The notes beneath the pieces were generated by a model. That model did not search any database and was not told the origin of the DNA. It saw only the letters and a list, made by a program, of their open reading frames with translations. From assembly GCF_030253515.1 (NCBI RefSeq), contig NZ_CP124549.1, positions 780,001-812,000 of the forward strand: a stretch of 32,000 nt of DNA. Direction: 5' to 3'. Origin of the DNA: Candidatus Nanosynbacter lyticus (GTDB taxonomy: Bacteria > Patescibacteriota > Saccharimonadia > Saccharimonadales > Saccharimonadaceae). How positions within the stretch are numbered: the first letter of the stretch is position 1; each line of letters begins with the position of its first letter. The translations under genes and the position numbers were made by a program. Below, piece after piece: positions 8,429 through 16,670 of this stretch.

Positions 8429-9397
8429 TCAGAAATGCAAACTGAAAGTAGAGCCCTGACCTGGTTCGCTTTTAACGCTCAATTGATAGCCGTTTTTGTC
8501 AGCCACCGCCTTAGCGATAGCCAGTCCGAGTCCATAGCCCGAACTGTGCCCACGCGTGCGCGCCTCATCACTACGATAAAATCTGTCAAAAATTTTCGCC
8601 TGGTCTTGTTTGGCGATGCCAATACCTTGGTCAACGACTGACAGCGTTTGCCCGTCCAGCCGAATGACTACCGTACTGCCTGGCGGTGAATATTTGATGG
8701 CGTTATCGATCAGCGTACCCAAAATTTGCGCCGCCGCCGCGACTGCGACCGTGTGCGTTACTGACGGCACTTGCATATCTAGCACTACTTGTTTTTTGTC
8801 AGCCACCGGCTGATAGCGATCAACCGTGTCGCGGACAAGTTTCGCCATATCGACCGCCTGTTTTTCAATCTGCTGATTATCGACCTGGGTAAGTTGCAAC
8901 AAATTGTCCGTCAGCTCACACAATTTTTCAACCTCGTCAATATTGCGCTGAAATACCGCTCTCGCCTTTTTCTCATCCAGCGTTTTTTTGCGTAGCGCCA
9001 CTTCGTTGGTGGTCATTAGCGCCGTCAGTGGCGTCCGCAGCTCGTGACTAGCATCCGACACAAATTGCACCTGGGCCCGCATTGCCCGCTCAATCGGCGT
9101 CAAGGTTCGCCGCGCCAACAGCAAACTCAACCAATACCCAATCAACAACATCACGCCGTTCAGTACTATCAATGACATAACGACCGACCCACGGGTTTCG
9201 CGGTTGCGCTGCTCCAGGCGGCGACTAAACTGACGTTCGACGAGCTCTGGTGGCTGCTGAGCGTGTTCGCTCGGTGGCAATGGACGATTTAATTGCACAG
9301 AAGTGATGGCATAAATAATCACACTAAAGGCTAGCGACAGCGTCATAATCACCGCCAAGTAGCTCAGCGCTAGACGCCTAACGCGCTGCTGTTTCAT
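8429..9397 (-). CDS. Sensor histidine kinase (HisKA + HATPase_c), two TM helices with a short external loop
   Basis: It has an H-box (SDASHELRTPL), an N-box (LIDNAIKYSP), G1 (VVDQGIGI) and G2 (GYGLGLAIAK). Two N-terminal hydrophobic helices flank a loop of about 35 aa. It has an ATGA overlap with the response regulator gene (9394..9397). Confidence 0.9.
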   Translation of the reverse strand: MKQQRVRRLALSYLAVIMTLSLAFSVIIYAITSVQLNRPLPPSEHAQQPPELVERQFSRRLEQRNRETRGSVVMSLIVLNGVMLLIGYWLSLLLARRTLTPIERAMRAQVQFVSDASHELRTPLTALMTTNEVALRKKTLDEKKARAVFQRNIDEVEKLCELTDNLLQLTQVDNQQIEKQAVDMAKLVRDTVDRYQPVADKKQVVLDMQVPSVTHTVAVAAAAQILGTLIDNAIKYSPPGSTVVIRLDGQTLSVVDQGIGIAKQDQAKIFDRFYRSDEARTRGHSSGYGLGLAIAKAVADKNGYQLSVKSEPGQGSTFSLHF

Positions 9398-10068
9398 GAC
9401 TTATCCTCCAGTTTATAGCCAAAGCCGGGGACAGTGTGAATCAATTTTGAGTCAAATGGTTTGTCGATTTTTCGGCGCAAAAACATGATGAATAATTCAA
9501 CATTGTTCGGCAAGACATCGGCATCAAAATCCCACACGTGCGAGATGATTTGCTCTTTGGACAAAACCTTGCCAGCGTTGCGCATCAGATATTCCAAGAC
9601 GCCGTACTCTTTGGCGGTCAAGTTAATTTCCTGATTCGCCCGCATTACTTTTTTCAGACTCGGATCAAGCGTCAAATCACCAACCCGCAAGACTTCTTCC
9701 AGCCTCTCGTTCGGACGGCGCAACAACGCTCGAAGACGCGCCAATAGCACCTCAAAGCTAAACGGCTTCGCCAAATAATCATCAGCGCCCATATCCAAGC
9801 CTTCGACAATATCCCGCTCGGCATCACGCGCTGTCAACATCAAAATCGGCGTCTGATTACCGTCTTTGCGTAGCGCCCGACAGACCTCATAGCCATTCAT
9901 TTCCGGCAGCATCACGTCAAGAATAATCACATCGTACTCATCCGCCGTCGCCGTCCGATACCCCTCATCGCCATCATGCGCCACATCAACCGCATAGGCT
10001 TCATCTTCCAAGCCTTCTTTCAGCGACCGGGCAATGGCTACGTCGTCTTCTACTAGTAAAATTCTCAT
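9394..10068 (-). CDS. OmpR/PhoB-family response regulator
   Basis: The receiver domain reads MRILLVEDD...IILDVMLPEMNGYEV...LMLTARD. The C-terminal winged-helix trans_reg_C domain reads LTAKEYGVLEYLM...GFGYKL. Confidence 0.95.
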   Translation of the reverse strand: MRILLVEDDVAIARSLKEGLEDEAYAVDVAHDGDEGYRTATADEYDVIILDVMLPEMNGYEVCRALRKDGNQTPILMLTARDAERDIVEGLDMGADDYLAKPFSFEVLLARLRALLRRPNERLEEVLRVGDLTLDPSLKKVMRANQEINLTAKEYGVLEYLMRNAGKVLSKEQIISHVWDFDADVLPNNVELFIMFLRRKIDKPFDSKLIHTVPGFGYKLEDKS

Positions 10069-10143
10069 TAACTAATTGTCCTCTTTTTCAACTTTAACAC
10101 AGACATCTGAAAAATTGCTTAAAGCTCCTCGCTCAAAAGTCGC

Positions 10144-11112
10144 TTAGTCGTCGCAATGAATGACAATTCTAGTACCATCTCCCGCTACAACCTTACATTT
10201 ACCGCCGACAGGATACGTGAACTTCGGGTCGGTGTGACCAAAATCAAGATTGACCACCACTGGAATTTTTGAATCGATATTCTTTGAAAGAATGATGTCG
10301 CTAATCATGTCGTCAATCGCCCGAGATTCGCCCTGAAAACGCCCAACCAAAATTGCTTTTATCTGACGAAAAAATGACTGCTGCATCAATGCCTGCACGT
10401 GACGCTCAAGCGTTTCAGGAATTGAATCATAGCTATCGTCTTCAATTTTCGGAAAATATTCCGTACCGTTCAACAAGTTCAGGCTACAAAGATTACCGCC
10501 AATCATCACCCCTTCAGCCGACCCGCTCTGCACGACTCGCGGCCCATTATTTTCCAAAGCTTGGCGCGGCGAAGCTTCGTCATAATTCCACGGAAAATCG
10601 TAAAATATTTCCGATTGCTGAACGATAAATTCTGCCGGATTATCCGCAAACAAACACCGCCGAAAATACTCCAACGAATAATTAGCCTCTGGTAGCAAAC
10701 CAAAACAATAGAAATTTGGCATCGCATAAGTCACCAGCCCAGTTTTTGCCAAAATCGCATGATTGAGGACGGTAATATCAGAAAAGCCACCAAAGAGCTT
10801 CGGATTGTCTTTAATAATTTGCCAGTCAATTTTACCAAGCAGCTGGTTGGAATTAAATCCGCCGATAGCCGCCAGAATACACTTCACGTTTTCGTCCATA
10901 AATGCTGCGTGTAAATCTTCAACCTTCTCATCGTCCGTCGGACAACCTCGCTGATTTCGAGAAAAAGCATTTTTGCTAAACGTAACCTTTAGCCCAAGTG
11001 ATTCTAGGGCTACTTTCGCCCGATCTAAAACTCTTTCGTCAATATCGCTCGCTGAGCGCGCTGGTGCAATTACCCTCACTTCATCGCCTGGCTGTAATTT
11101 ATCTGGTATCAT
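10144..11112 (-). CDS. LD-carboxypeptidase (peptidase S66, LdcA/MccF-like), 322 aa
   Basis: The N-terminus (LQPGDEVRVIAPA), the nucleophile region (GGFSDITVL) and the C-terminal LDFGHT histidine motif are typical of S66 enzymes. Confidence 0.8.
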   Translation of the reverse strand: MIPDKLQPGDEVRVIAPARSASDIDERVLDRAKVALESLGLKVTFSKNAFSRNQRGCPTDDEKVEDLHAAFMDENVKCILAAIGGFNSNQLLGKIDWQIIKDNPKLFGGFSDITVLNHAILAKTGLVTYAMPNFYCFGLLPEANYSLEYFRRCLFADNPAEFIVQQSEIFYDFPWNYDEASPRQALENNGPRVVQSGSAEGVMIGGNLCSLNLLNGTEYFPKIEDDSYDSIPETLERHVQALMQQSFFRQIKAILVGRFQGESRAIDDMISDIILSKNIDSKIPVVVNLDFGHTDPKFTYPVGGKCKVVAGDGTRIVIHCDD

Positions 11113-11140
11113 ATATTTCCTTTCCTAAAAATTAATTAAT

Positions 11141-11162
11141 CAAAAAACCTCCCGCAGGAGGC
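11141..11162 (-). terminator. Rho-independent terminator downstream of the ASCH gene
   Basis: The minus-strand RNA reads GCCUCC-UGCG-GGAGG followed by UUUUUU. The stem is CCUCC/GGAGG with a 4-nt loop. Confidence 0.6.
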
Positions 11163-11262
11163 ATAAAACAGCAATAAAACACCTCCTGCTTACATGTGGA
11201 GATGATGATGGATTGAGAGTAAATTCATCATAGTTTCAGCATATCATAGCCATACTGAAAGA

Positions 11263-11637
11263 TTAAAGCAATGAGCGAACTTCCACTGCTAGCACACCAT
11301 AATGTTTTTGGTCAGCAGCAGAATAATATTTGTTGTATTCGGCAGCGGCAGCTTCGGCACTGGTGGCGTGCGGAATAACACGGTGGTAACCCTCGACCTG
11401 CACCATTTCTAAAAAGGAATTGTAGTGGCGGATGGCGATAATCTCCACGCGTGCTTGATCTGGTTCGCCGTCGTGTAGTATTCCTTCGGCATCGCGAACA
11501 TCGCGGCGCAGGCGAATCTTATCGCCGACTCGGTACTCGGCAAACTTTCCACGATTCAACCGACCTTCAACCGTCTTCCGCCCGGCGATAATATCGTCGA
11601 GTAATTTTGATTCTCGTCCTGAGTACCAGATTTTCAT
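11263..11637 (-). CDS. ASCH domain protein, 124 aa
   Basis: The N-terminal pattern (LLDDIIAGRKTVEGRL...GDKIRL) and the size are typical of the ASCH/PUA-like fold. Confidence 0.7.
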   Translation of the reverse strand: MKIWYSGRESKLLDDIIAGRKTVEGRLNRGKFAEYRVGDKIRLRRDVRDAEGILHDGEPDQARVEIIAIRHYNSFLEMVQVEGYHRVIPHATSAEAAAAEYNKYYSAADQKHYGVLAVEVRSLL

Positions 11638-11898
11638 AATTCCTACAGTGTTGTATCTTTTTTATAGTTTTTCTTAACCCCTAGCCAGCAGCGGTGTCAT
11701 AGTAAAATTATAGCACAGCCTATAAACGTGTTTCTGCTAGGCATGCCTACCAAACTACAATAAAATCTTTAGGTTAGGCAAACCTTAAACGGCTATCGCC
11801 TGCGCCTCTGGCCAAATTCGCTACACCAGCCGTTTGCCGCGAGCCATCAGTCGCACCCAAGCATCGCCATAAGCTTGGTCGACTGCCATCAATCCCTT

Positions 11899-12177
11899 AT
11901 GCCGCAAGTCCGCCAGCCAATCGTCCAGTTCATCTGCATCACCGTCACTGGCCTGTGGATTTTACAACCAGTCGTCATATGGCTACTCGTCCAACTGTTC
12001 GGAATAACCAGCACTTTTGGTTTGAGCATGGCAAAATTAGCCGCCACCAGCATCAGTCTGATGTGGAATTTCGTATGGTACCGAATCGTATTTCAAGGAA
12101 CAAAGAAAAAACACCTCCGTAGAAGTGTCTTTTCTTGGCTCCGGGGGCGGGGTTCGAACCCGCGGCCTATTGGTTAA
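11899..12177 (+). pseudogene. Degraded GtrA-family (polyprenyl-phosphate-sugar flippase-like) remnant
   Basis: MPQVRQPIVQFICITVTGLWILQPVVIWLLVQLFGI resembles GtrA TM1. MAKLAATSISLMWNFVWYRIVF resembles the GtrA C-terminal NF...R..VF motif. The two middle helices are missing. The frame has no stop until 12177, inside the opposite-strand tRNA and beyond a terminator hairpin. Confidence 0.3.
12106..12130 (-). terminator. Rho-independent terminator after tRNA-Asn
   Basis: The minus-strand RNA reads ACACUUC-UACG-GAGGUGU followed by UUUUUCUUU. The stem is 7 bp including one G-U pair. On the + strand the same stem carries a C-A mismatch. Confidence 0.6.
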
Positions 12178-12210
12178 CAGCCAACCGCTCTACCGCTGAG
12201 CTACCCCGGA
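12136..12210 (-). tRNA. tRNA-Asn (anticodon GUU), 75 nt, CCA encoded
   Basis: The reverse complement folds by hand into a cloverleaf. Acceptor stem is UCCGGGG/CCCCGGA and the D stem is GCUC/GAGC. The anticodon stem is GUUGG/CCAAU with loop CUGUUAA. The T arm is GCGGG-UUCGAAC-CCCGC. The discriminator is G, followed by CCA. Confidence 0.93.
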
Positions 12211-12251
12211 ATACGTGTCGTATTATAGCGAGTTTTCAATCAGTTGTAAAG

Positions 12252-12584
12252 TTACCGGCGGACGATTTCCAGGGCTTTTTTCAAGATCTCTGTCTCCAGG
12301 CGCGATTTCTCATCATCCATCGCTTCCCGCTGCTTAATCTCCTTTGCCAAATTTTGCCACCACGCCTCTTTTTCCGACTGGCACAGCGCCAGTGACCGCA
12401 CCTCGCCGTCGCGCTTATCTAACATCCCGGCCGCCACCAGGTTATCGACATGCTTCGCCACCGTTGAGACCGACTTATACCCCAGTGCCTGCATAATTTC
12501 CCGCAGCGTCGGGCTATAGCCATTACCCTTGATAAAGCCATCGATGAAATCTAGCAGTATTTTTTGCTTTTTTGTTGGCTGCAT
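12252..12584 (-). CDS. LexA-type winged-helix DNA-binding domain protein without an S24 peptidase domain, 110 aa
   Basis: The N-terminal 65 aa (KQKILLDFIDGFIKGNGYSPTLREIMQALGYKSVSTVAKHVDNLVAAGML) match the LexA N-terminal domain pattern. The rest is a short charged helix (EKEAWWQNLAKEIKQREAMDDEKSRLE). No Ser/Lys dyad region is present. Confidence 0.75.
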   Translation of the reverse strand: MQPTKKQKILLDFIDGFIKGNGYSPTLREIMQALGYKSVSTVAKHVDNLVAAGMLDKRDGEVRSLALCQSEKEAWWQNLAKEIKQREAMDDEKSRLETEILKKALEIVRR

Positions 12585-12629
12585 GCCTTTAGTATAACCT
12601 GCCCGAGTTATTTGCGCTATACTAAAGAG
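12585..12629. promoter_or_regulatory. Divergent promoter region with mirror-symmetric -10 elements (inverted repeat CTTTAGTATA ... TATACTAAAG)
   Basis: The arms lie at 12587..12596 and 12618..12627. Each gives TATACT exactly 6 nt upstream of a start codon: ATG 12584..12582 on the minus strand and GTG 12630 on the + strand. Neither start has an SD. Confidence 0.45.
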
Positions 12630-14117
12630 GTGAAGCGAATATCATCGACGATACGTGTGTGGCTGCTGGCCGCCGTACTGTTTGGCGGCGCACTGTCCTT
12701 GCAGCCGAGCATCAGCCTGGCAATGCTCGATTTTCCATCATTCCGCATTGGACTATATCAAGTGGCGGTGATCGGCGTGGTTGGCTGCGGTCTTGGCATA
12801 ATGGTGCGCCAGCGACTGTGGCCTCGGGGGCGATGGTGGTGGCTGAGCATTGGTATGCTGGCTGTCACCAGTATCGTTGGGCTGTTATTATCTTATGTCC
12901 GAGCGCGTACCGCATTATATACGGCATCGCTTTTATTGCTGCTGGTGGCCGCGGTATGTGCTGCTCTGATGTACCGGTCACTATCAGCGGGCAATCGGCG
13001 GCGCCTCATGACAATTGGCTTGTGGAGCGGCATCGTGTTTGGTGTGTTAGCGGTGCTGCAGCTCATCTTTGCTCACGTTGAGCCAACGGCGTTTGGTACG
13101 CTCTGCTCGGGCTGTCATGCTGGCGTGTTTGGCTTTGTCAGGATTAATCTGTTTGCTGCTGAGCCGCAATTTTTAGCAAGCAGCTTACTGCCAGCCCTGT
13201 TCGTTGGACTGTGCTGGCGAGAGCGACGGCGGCTGGCTGGCTGGAGCGTTTTTGGTAGCAGCGTGGCAATCAGCCTCACGTTTTCGCGCGGCGCGTTTAT
13301 CGCGATAATTGGTGCGGGTATCGTGTATGGTATCGTCCGCTGGTGGCAGCGGTGTAGAAGCGGGTCTCGTTCTATTGACACCGTGGAGCCTATTCGTCGT
13401 GATACGTGGCGTCAGCTCGGCATCATCACGGCCGGGTTTGTGGTTGGATGCACTCTACTGCTGGTATCAGCGGTGGTTCGCTATCACAACACACCGCATA
13501 TTGCCTATAATACTGCAGTGAGCATGCTTGACCAGTTGTCGCTCGGCCGCATTAAATTACCGCAAAAAAATACCATCCCAACGCCGGGCAGCACGCCCTC
13601 ACCGCAGGTACCGCCAACCAGCGAGACTACAGCACCAGAGGCACCGCCCGCCACCCAGCCAAACCCGCTCGCACCATCAGCCAATTTCCAGCCATCGGGT
13701 TTCGTCGCCGCTTCGGCTAATGACCGACTCAACGCCGCTCGACTGGCGCTCCGAGCCTGGGCAGTAAGTCCACGCACCATACTCTTTGGGACTGGCCTTG
13801 GCAATCTCGGCAGCTTTATCCAACACCAGCTGCATCAACCGGTATCGACCGATCACACGGTGTATATTTTCTACGTTTTGCTGCTGAGTAATATTGGCGT
13901 TGTCGGTATGATACCGCTTCTAGCACTGCTTGCCGTCACGCTATGGCGCAGTGGCCGATGGCTACTAAAACCGTGGGGGCAATTTGCCTTACTATTAACG
14001 ACGGCTATCGCCATCCACTTTTGGTTTTTTGGCAGCTTGATCAACTCGGTGCACTGCCTTGCATGGATTGGTATTTTCTTGTATAATCACCCCAAAGGTC
14101 ATGAAGAAGAACTCTGA
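12630..14117 (+). CDS. O-antigen ligase / Wzy_C family polytopic membrane protein
   Basis: It has many TM helices. The loop region ...SLTFSRGAFIAIIGAG... is characteristic of the O-antigen ligase family. The ORF opens at 12564, but that start would overlap the divergent gene. GTG 12630 sits 6 nt after a TATACT hexamer, so I take it as the likely start. The start is uncertain. Confidence 0.8.
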   Translation: MKRISSTIRVWLLAAVLFGGALSLQPSISLAMLDFPSFRIGLYQVAVIGVVGCGLGIMVRQRLWPRGRWWWLSIGMLAVTSIVGLLLSYVRARTALYTASLLLLLVAAVCAALMYRSLSAGNRRRLMTIGLWSGIVFGVLAVLQLIFAHVEPTAFGTLCSGCHAGVFGFVRINLFAAEPQFLASSLLPALFVGLCWRERRRLAGWSVFGSSVAISLTFSRGAFIAIIGAGIVYGIVRWWQRCRSGSRSIDTVEPIRRDTWRQLGIITAGFVVGCTLLLVSAVVRYHNTPHIAYNTAVSMLDQLSLGRIKLPQKNTIPTPGSTPSPQVPPTSETTAPEAPPATQPNPLAPSANFQPSGFVAASANDRLNAARLALRAWAVSPRTILFGTGLGNLGSFIQHQLHQPVSTDHTVYIFYVLLLSNIGVVGMIPLLALLAVTLWRSGRWLLKPWGQFALLLTTAIAIHFWFFGSLINSVHCLAWIGIFLYNHPKGHEEEL

Positions 14118-15525
14118 TTTTTACTTCAAATTGGTGTTGATCGGGCTGGACGTACTGGCGCTAGTTGGTGCGTTCACGGCGGCATACATCATGCGCGTAT
14201 CACTCGACACGCGACCCTTCCATGTGCAAATTGGGGCGCTGGAGTTTATCACGTCGATTGTGCTGATGCTGCCGCTGTGGGTTGTCTTGTTCTCGTTTTT
14301 TGGGCTATACGACCGTGAGCACTACATTCATCCGCTGCGTGAATTTTGGCGACTGGGCATGGCGGCGGTTTGCGGCATCATGATGATGATTTCCTTTAGC
14401 TTCTTTAGCAACACACCGCTCTTTCCGGCCAAGATGGTGGTGATTTATGCGCTGATCATCAGCTTTGTCATCTTGCTCATCCTGCGTAGCGCTGCCAATA
14501 TCGTGCGGCTGCATCTGCTGCGCAAAAACATCGGCATCAAGCGTGTGGCGCTGGTCGGCAATGCCGAATCGACGCGAACGCTGGCAGAGTTTATCAGCGC
14601 CTATCCGTCAACTGGCTTTCATCTCAGTGCTATTGTGTCCAAAGATGAGCTTATCCCGCCGCGACTCAAGGGTTTGCGGCGTTCGACATTGGCATCGGCC
14701 TTGACTCGCGATAAAATTGACGCCATTATTCAGACCGACACTGCTCGCAGCGAAGCGCACTATAACTTGGCGGAGCAGCACTATCTTGATTTTTATCAAG
14801 CGCCAGCCCTCGACGGCCTGATGACGGCGCGCCATACGGTGGAGATTATCAATTCCGTGCCGCTAGCGTACATTCACCCAACGCCGCTAGCTACCGGCTA
14901 CGGACGCGTGGTCAAACGGTTGATGGATCTCATCGGTGCGACCATTGGTATTATCATTACCTCGCCGATTATGCTGCTGGTAGCAATCGCCGTTAAGCTC
15001 GGCGACCCGCGCGGCCCCGTGCTGATGCATGGGCGGCAGCGGCGACGCTTGACCCAGTTTAATCGCCCGTTCAAGGTGTATAAATTTCGTTCACACTACG
15101 CCAAGTTTGACGGCAAAACTGACGAGGAGGTGTTCGCGATGATTGGTAAACCGGAGCTGATCGACGAATATCGGCAAAACGGTGATCGGCTCAACCACGA
15201 CTTTCGCGTCACACCGGTCGGTCGTTTCATTCGCCGGTTTAGTCTCGACGAGCTGCCGCAGTTATTTAACGTTATCAAGGGCGATATTAGCCTCGTTGGG
15301 CCGCGGGCGCTGGTGCCGCACGAGCTGAGCAATTACGAGAAAAAGCACACGCTACTGACGGTCAAGTCTGGCCTGACTGGCCTAGCGGTTGTGTCGGGGC
15401 GGCGCAGTATCGGCTTTGAAGAGCGGCGGCGACTGGATCTTTATTATGTACAAAACTGGAGTTTGTGGCTGGATATCACCATCCTCCTCAAGACCTGCCT
15501 GGTCATCTTTAAGAAGGAGCCGTGA
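14101..15525 (+). CDS. Polyprenyl-phosphate glycosyl-1-phosphate transferase (WbaP/CpsE-like bacterial sugar transferase)
   Basis: The N-terminus has 4-5 TM helices. The C-terminal catalytic domain has [24 protein letters not shown] and KSGLTGLA motifs. ATG 14101 (MKKNSDFYF) is preferred over the track start at 14059. Confidence 0.9.
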   Translation: MKKNSDFYFKLVLIGLDVLALVGAFTAAYIMRVSLDTRPFHVQIGALEFITSIVLMLPLWVVLFSFFGLYDREHYIHPLREFWRLGMAAVCGIMMMISFSFFSNTPLFPAKMVVIYALIISFVILLILRSAANIVRLHLLRKNIGIKRVALVGNAESTRTLAEFISAYPSTGFHLSAIVSKDELIPPRLKGLRRSTLASALTRDKIDAIIQTDTARSEAHYNLAEQHYLDFYQAPALDGLMTARHTVEIINSVPLAYIHPTPLATGYGRVVKRLMDLIGATIGIIITSPIMLLVAIAVKLGDPRGPVLMHGRQRRRLTQFNRPFKVYKFRSHYAKFDGKTDEEVFAMIGKPELIDEYRQNGDRLNHDFRVTPVGRFIRRFSLDELPQLFNVIKGDISLVGPRALVPHELSNYEKKHTLLTVKSGLTGLAVVSGRRSIGFEERRRLDLYYVQNWSLWLDITILLKTCLVIFKKEP

Positions 15526-16670
15526 TGCGCACCCAGCCGACCATTGCGATCGTTCATGACTGGTTGTATGGCGGCGGCGCCGAGCAGGTTGTTTTGGCGC
15601 TCCACCAGCTCTATCCTGAGGCCCCGATTTATACCTCGTACTGCTCGAGAACGTGGCGAGAGAAGCTTGATAACAAGGTGGTGACCGGGTATTTGCAGCA
15701 TTGGCCATTCGCTCAGCTCAGGCGACTGCTGCCGGTACTCAGGCAGCGGTGGTTTGCGCGGCTGGATCTCGGGCAATTTGATATTATCATTTCCAGCTCT
15801 GGTAACGGCGAGGCCAAGTTTATCCGAACCACCCGCCCCGATCAACGACATATCTGTTATTGTCATACGCCGACGCATTTTTATTGGCGGCACTACCAGG
15901 AATACCTGCGTCGACCGAGCTTTCGACCGCGGTGGCTGGCGCGACTGGGCTTGCGGCTGCTAGTCCGGCCCCTCCGGCGACGTGATTATCAGGCGGCGCA
16001 GCGGGTTGATGTTTTCTTGGCTAATTCCACCGCCATTCAAGCTGATATCAAGCAATTCTATGACCGAGACAGTATCGTCGTCTTTCCGCCGGTACAAACA
16101 ACCAGCTTTATGGCGCTCGCAAAAACCAGGCCACGCTCCGTCACACTACCCACCCGGCCGCGCTGCCTGGTGTGGGGGCGACTGGTGCCGATGAAGCGGC
16201 TGGACTTGGTAATTCAGGCCTGTCAGCAGCTTGGTTGGCCACTGGACATCATGGGCGATGGGCCTGATCGCGAGCGGCTGGAGAAGCTGGCGGGTGACTC
16301 GACGCGCTTTCTTGGCTACGTCAGTGACGAGGCCCGGGCTGCCGCCATTCAACAAGCCGACTTATTTATCTTTACCGCCCACGAAGATTTTGGCGTCGCA
16401 CCAGTCGAAGCCTTGGCCGCCGGACTACCGGTGGTAGCGTACCAGGCCGGTGGCGCGCTGGATTATATCAACCCCGGTAAGAACGGCTGGTTTTTTGCTG
16501 AACAAACAGTTGAGAGCTTGGTAGCAACGCTACAGACACTGCCTGGTCAACAGGTCTCGCCGCGGGCCATCGCCGCTTCCGCTAAACCATTTGCCGAACA
16601 TGCCTTTACACTCGCTATAAAGAAAATTATAACCAACGAAAGGAGGGGTGCTCATGCGCATCGCCATTGA
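15525..16670 (+). CDS. Glycosyltransferase family 4 (GT-B, retaining type)
   Basis: It has an E-x7-E motif (EDFGVAPVEA) followed by GLPVVAY. AAGGAG lies 5 nt upstream of ATG 15525. GTG 15522 is an alternative start. Confidence 0.85.
   Translation: MRTQPTIAIVHDWLYGGGAEQVVLALHQLYPEAPIYTSYCSRTWREKLDNKVVTGYLQHWPFAQLRRLLPVLRQRWFARLDLGQFDIIISSSGNGEAKFIRTTRPDQRHICYCHTPTHFYWRHYQEYLRRPSFRPRWLARLGLRLLVRPLRRRDYQAAQRVDVFLANSTAIQADIKQFYDRDSIVVFPPVQTTSFMALAKTRPRSVTLPTRPRCLVWGRLVPMKRLDLVIQACQQLGWPLDIMGDGPDRERLEKLAGDSTRFLGYVSDEARAAAIQQADLFIFTAHEDFGVAPVEALAAGLPVVAYQAGGALDYINPGKNGWFFAEQTVESLVATLQTLPGQQVSPRAIAASAKPFAEHAFTLAIKKIITNERRGAHAHRH

Noticed and set aside
11738-11749. Perfect 12-bp palindrome TAGGCATGCCTA in the 237-bp ORF-free region upstream of the ASCH gene. 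A nearby imperfect hairpin (AGGTT-aggca-AACCT) lies at about 11771..11785.
   Set aside because: About 8 perfect 12-bp palindromes are expected by chance in 32 kb (32000 x 4^-6). The palindrome has no partner site and no clear relation to a promoter. I saw no ncRNA signature in the region (SRP, 6S, tmRNA or riboswitch cores).
11640-12260. A mobile element or integrated island boundary at tRNA-Asn.
   Set aside because: There is no integrase, recombinase or transposase ORF. I saw no direct repeat of the tRNA 3' end and no inverted terminal repeats within the window. Only the decayed GtrA-like ORF hints at past rearrangement.
12564-12629. The track start (ATG 12564) for the O-antigen-ligase-family gene.
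   Set aside because: It would overlap the divergent LexA-like gene start by 21 nt. It would also add a Cys/aromatic-rich non-hydrophobic extension (MLFCWLHAFSITCPSYLRYTKE). GTG 12630 sits 6 nt after a TATACT hexamer and is followed shortly by the first TM helix. I have not fully excluded the longer form.
12659-13804. Internal and antisense ORFs within the ligase-family gene (12659..13081 +, 13115..13381 -, 13309..13521 +, 13505..13804 -, 13528..13767 +).
   Set aside because: These are off-frame or antisense products of a GC-rich membrane-protein gene. Their translations are Arg/Pro/Ala-rich and none has independent signals.
15382-15893. Minus-strand ORFs of 108 and 149 aa spanning the sugar-transferase/GT4 junction.
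   Set aside because: They are antisense to two well-supported + strand genes. Their composition is low-complexity Arg/Pro-rich, typical of GC-rich shadow frames.
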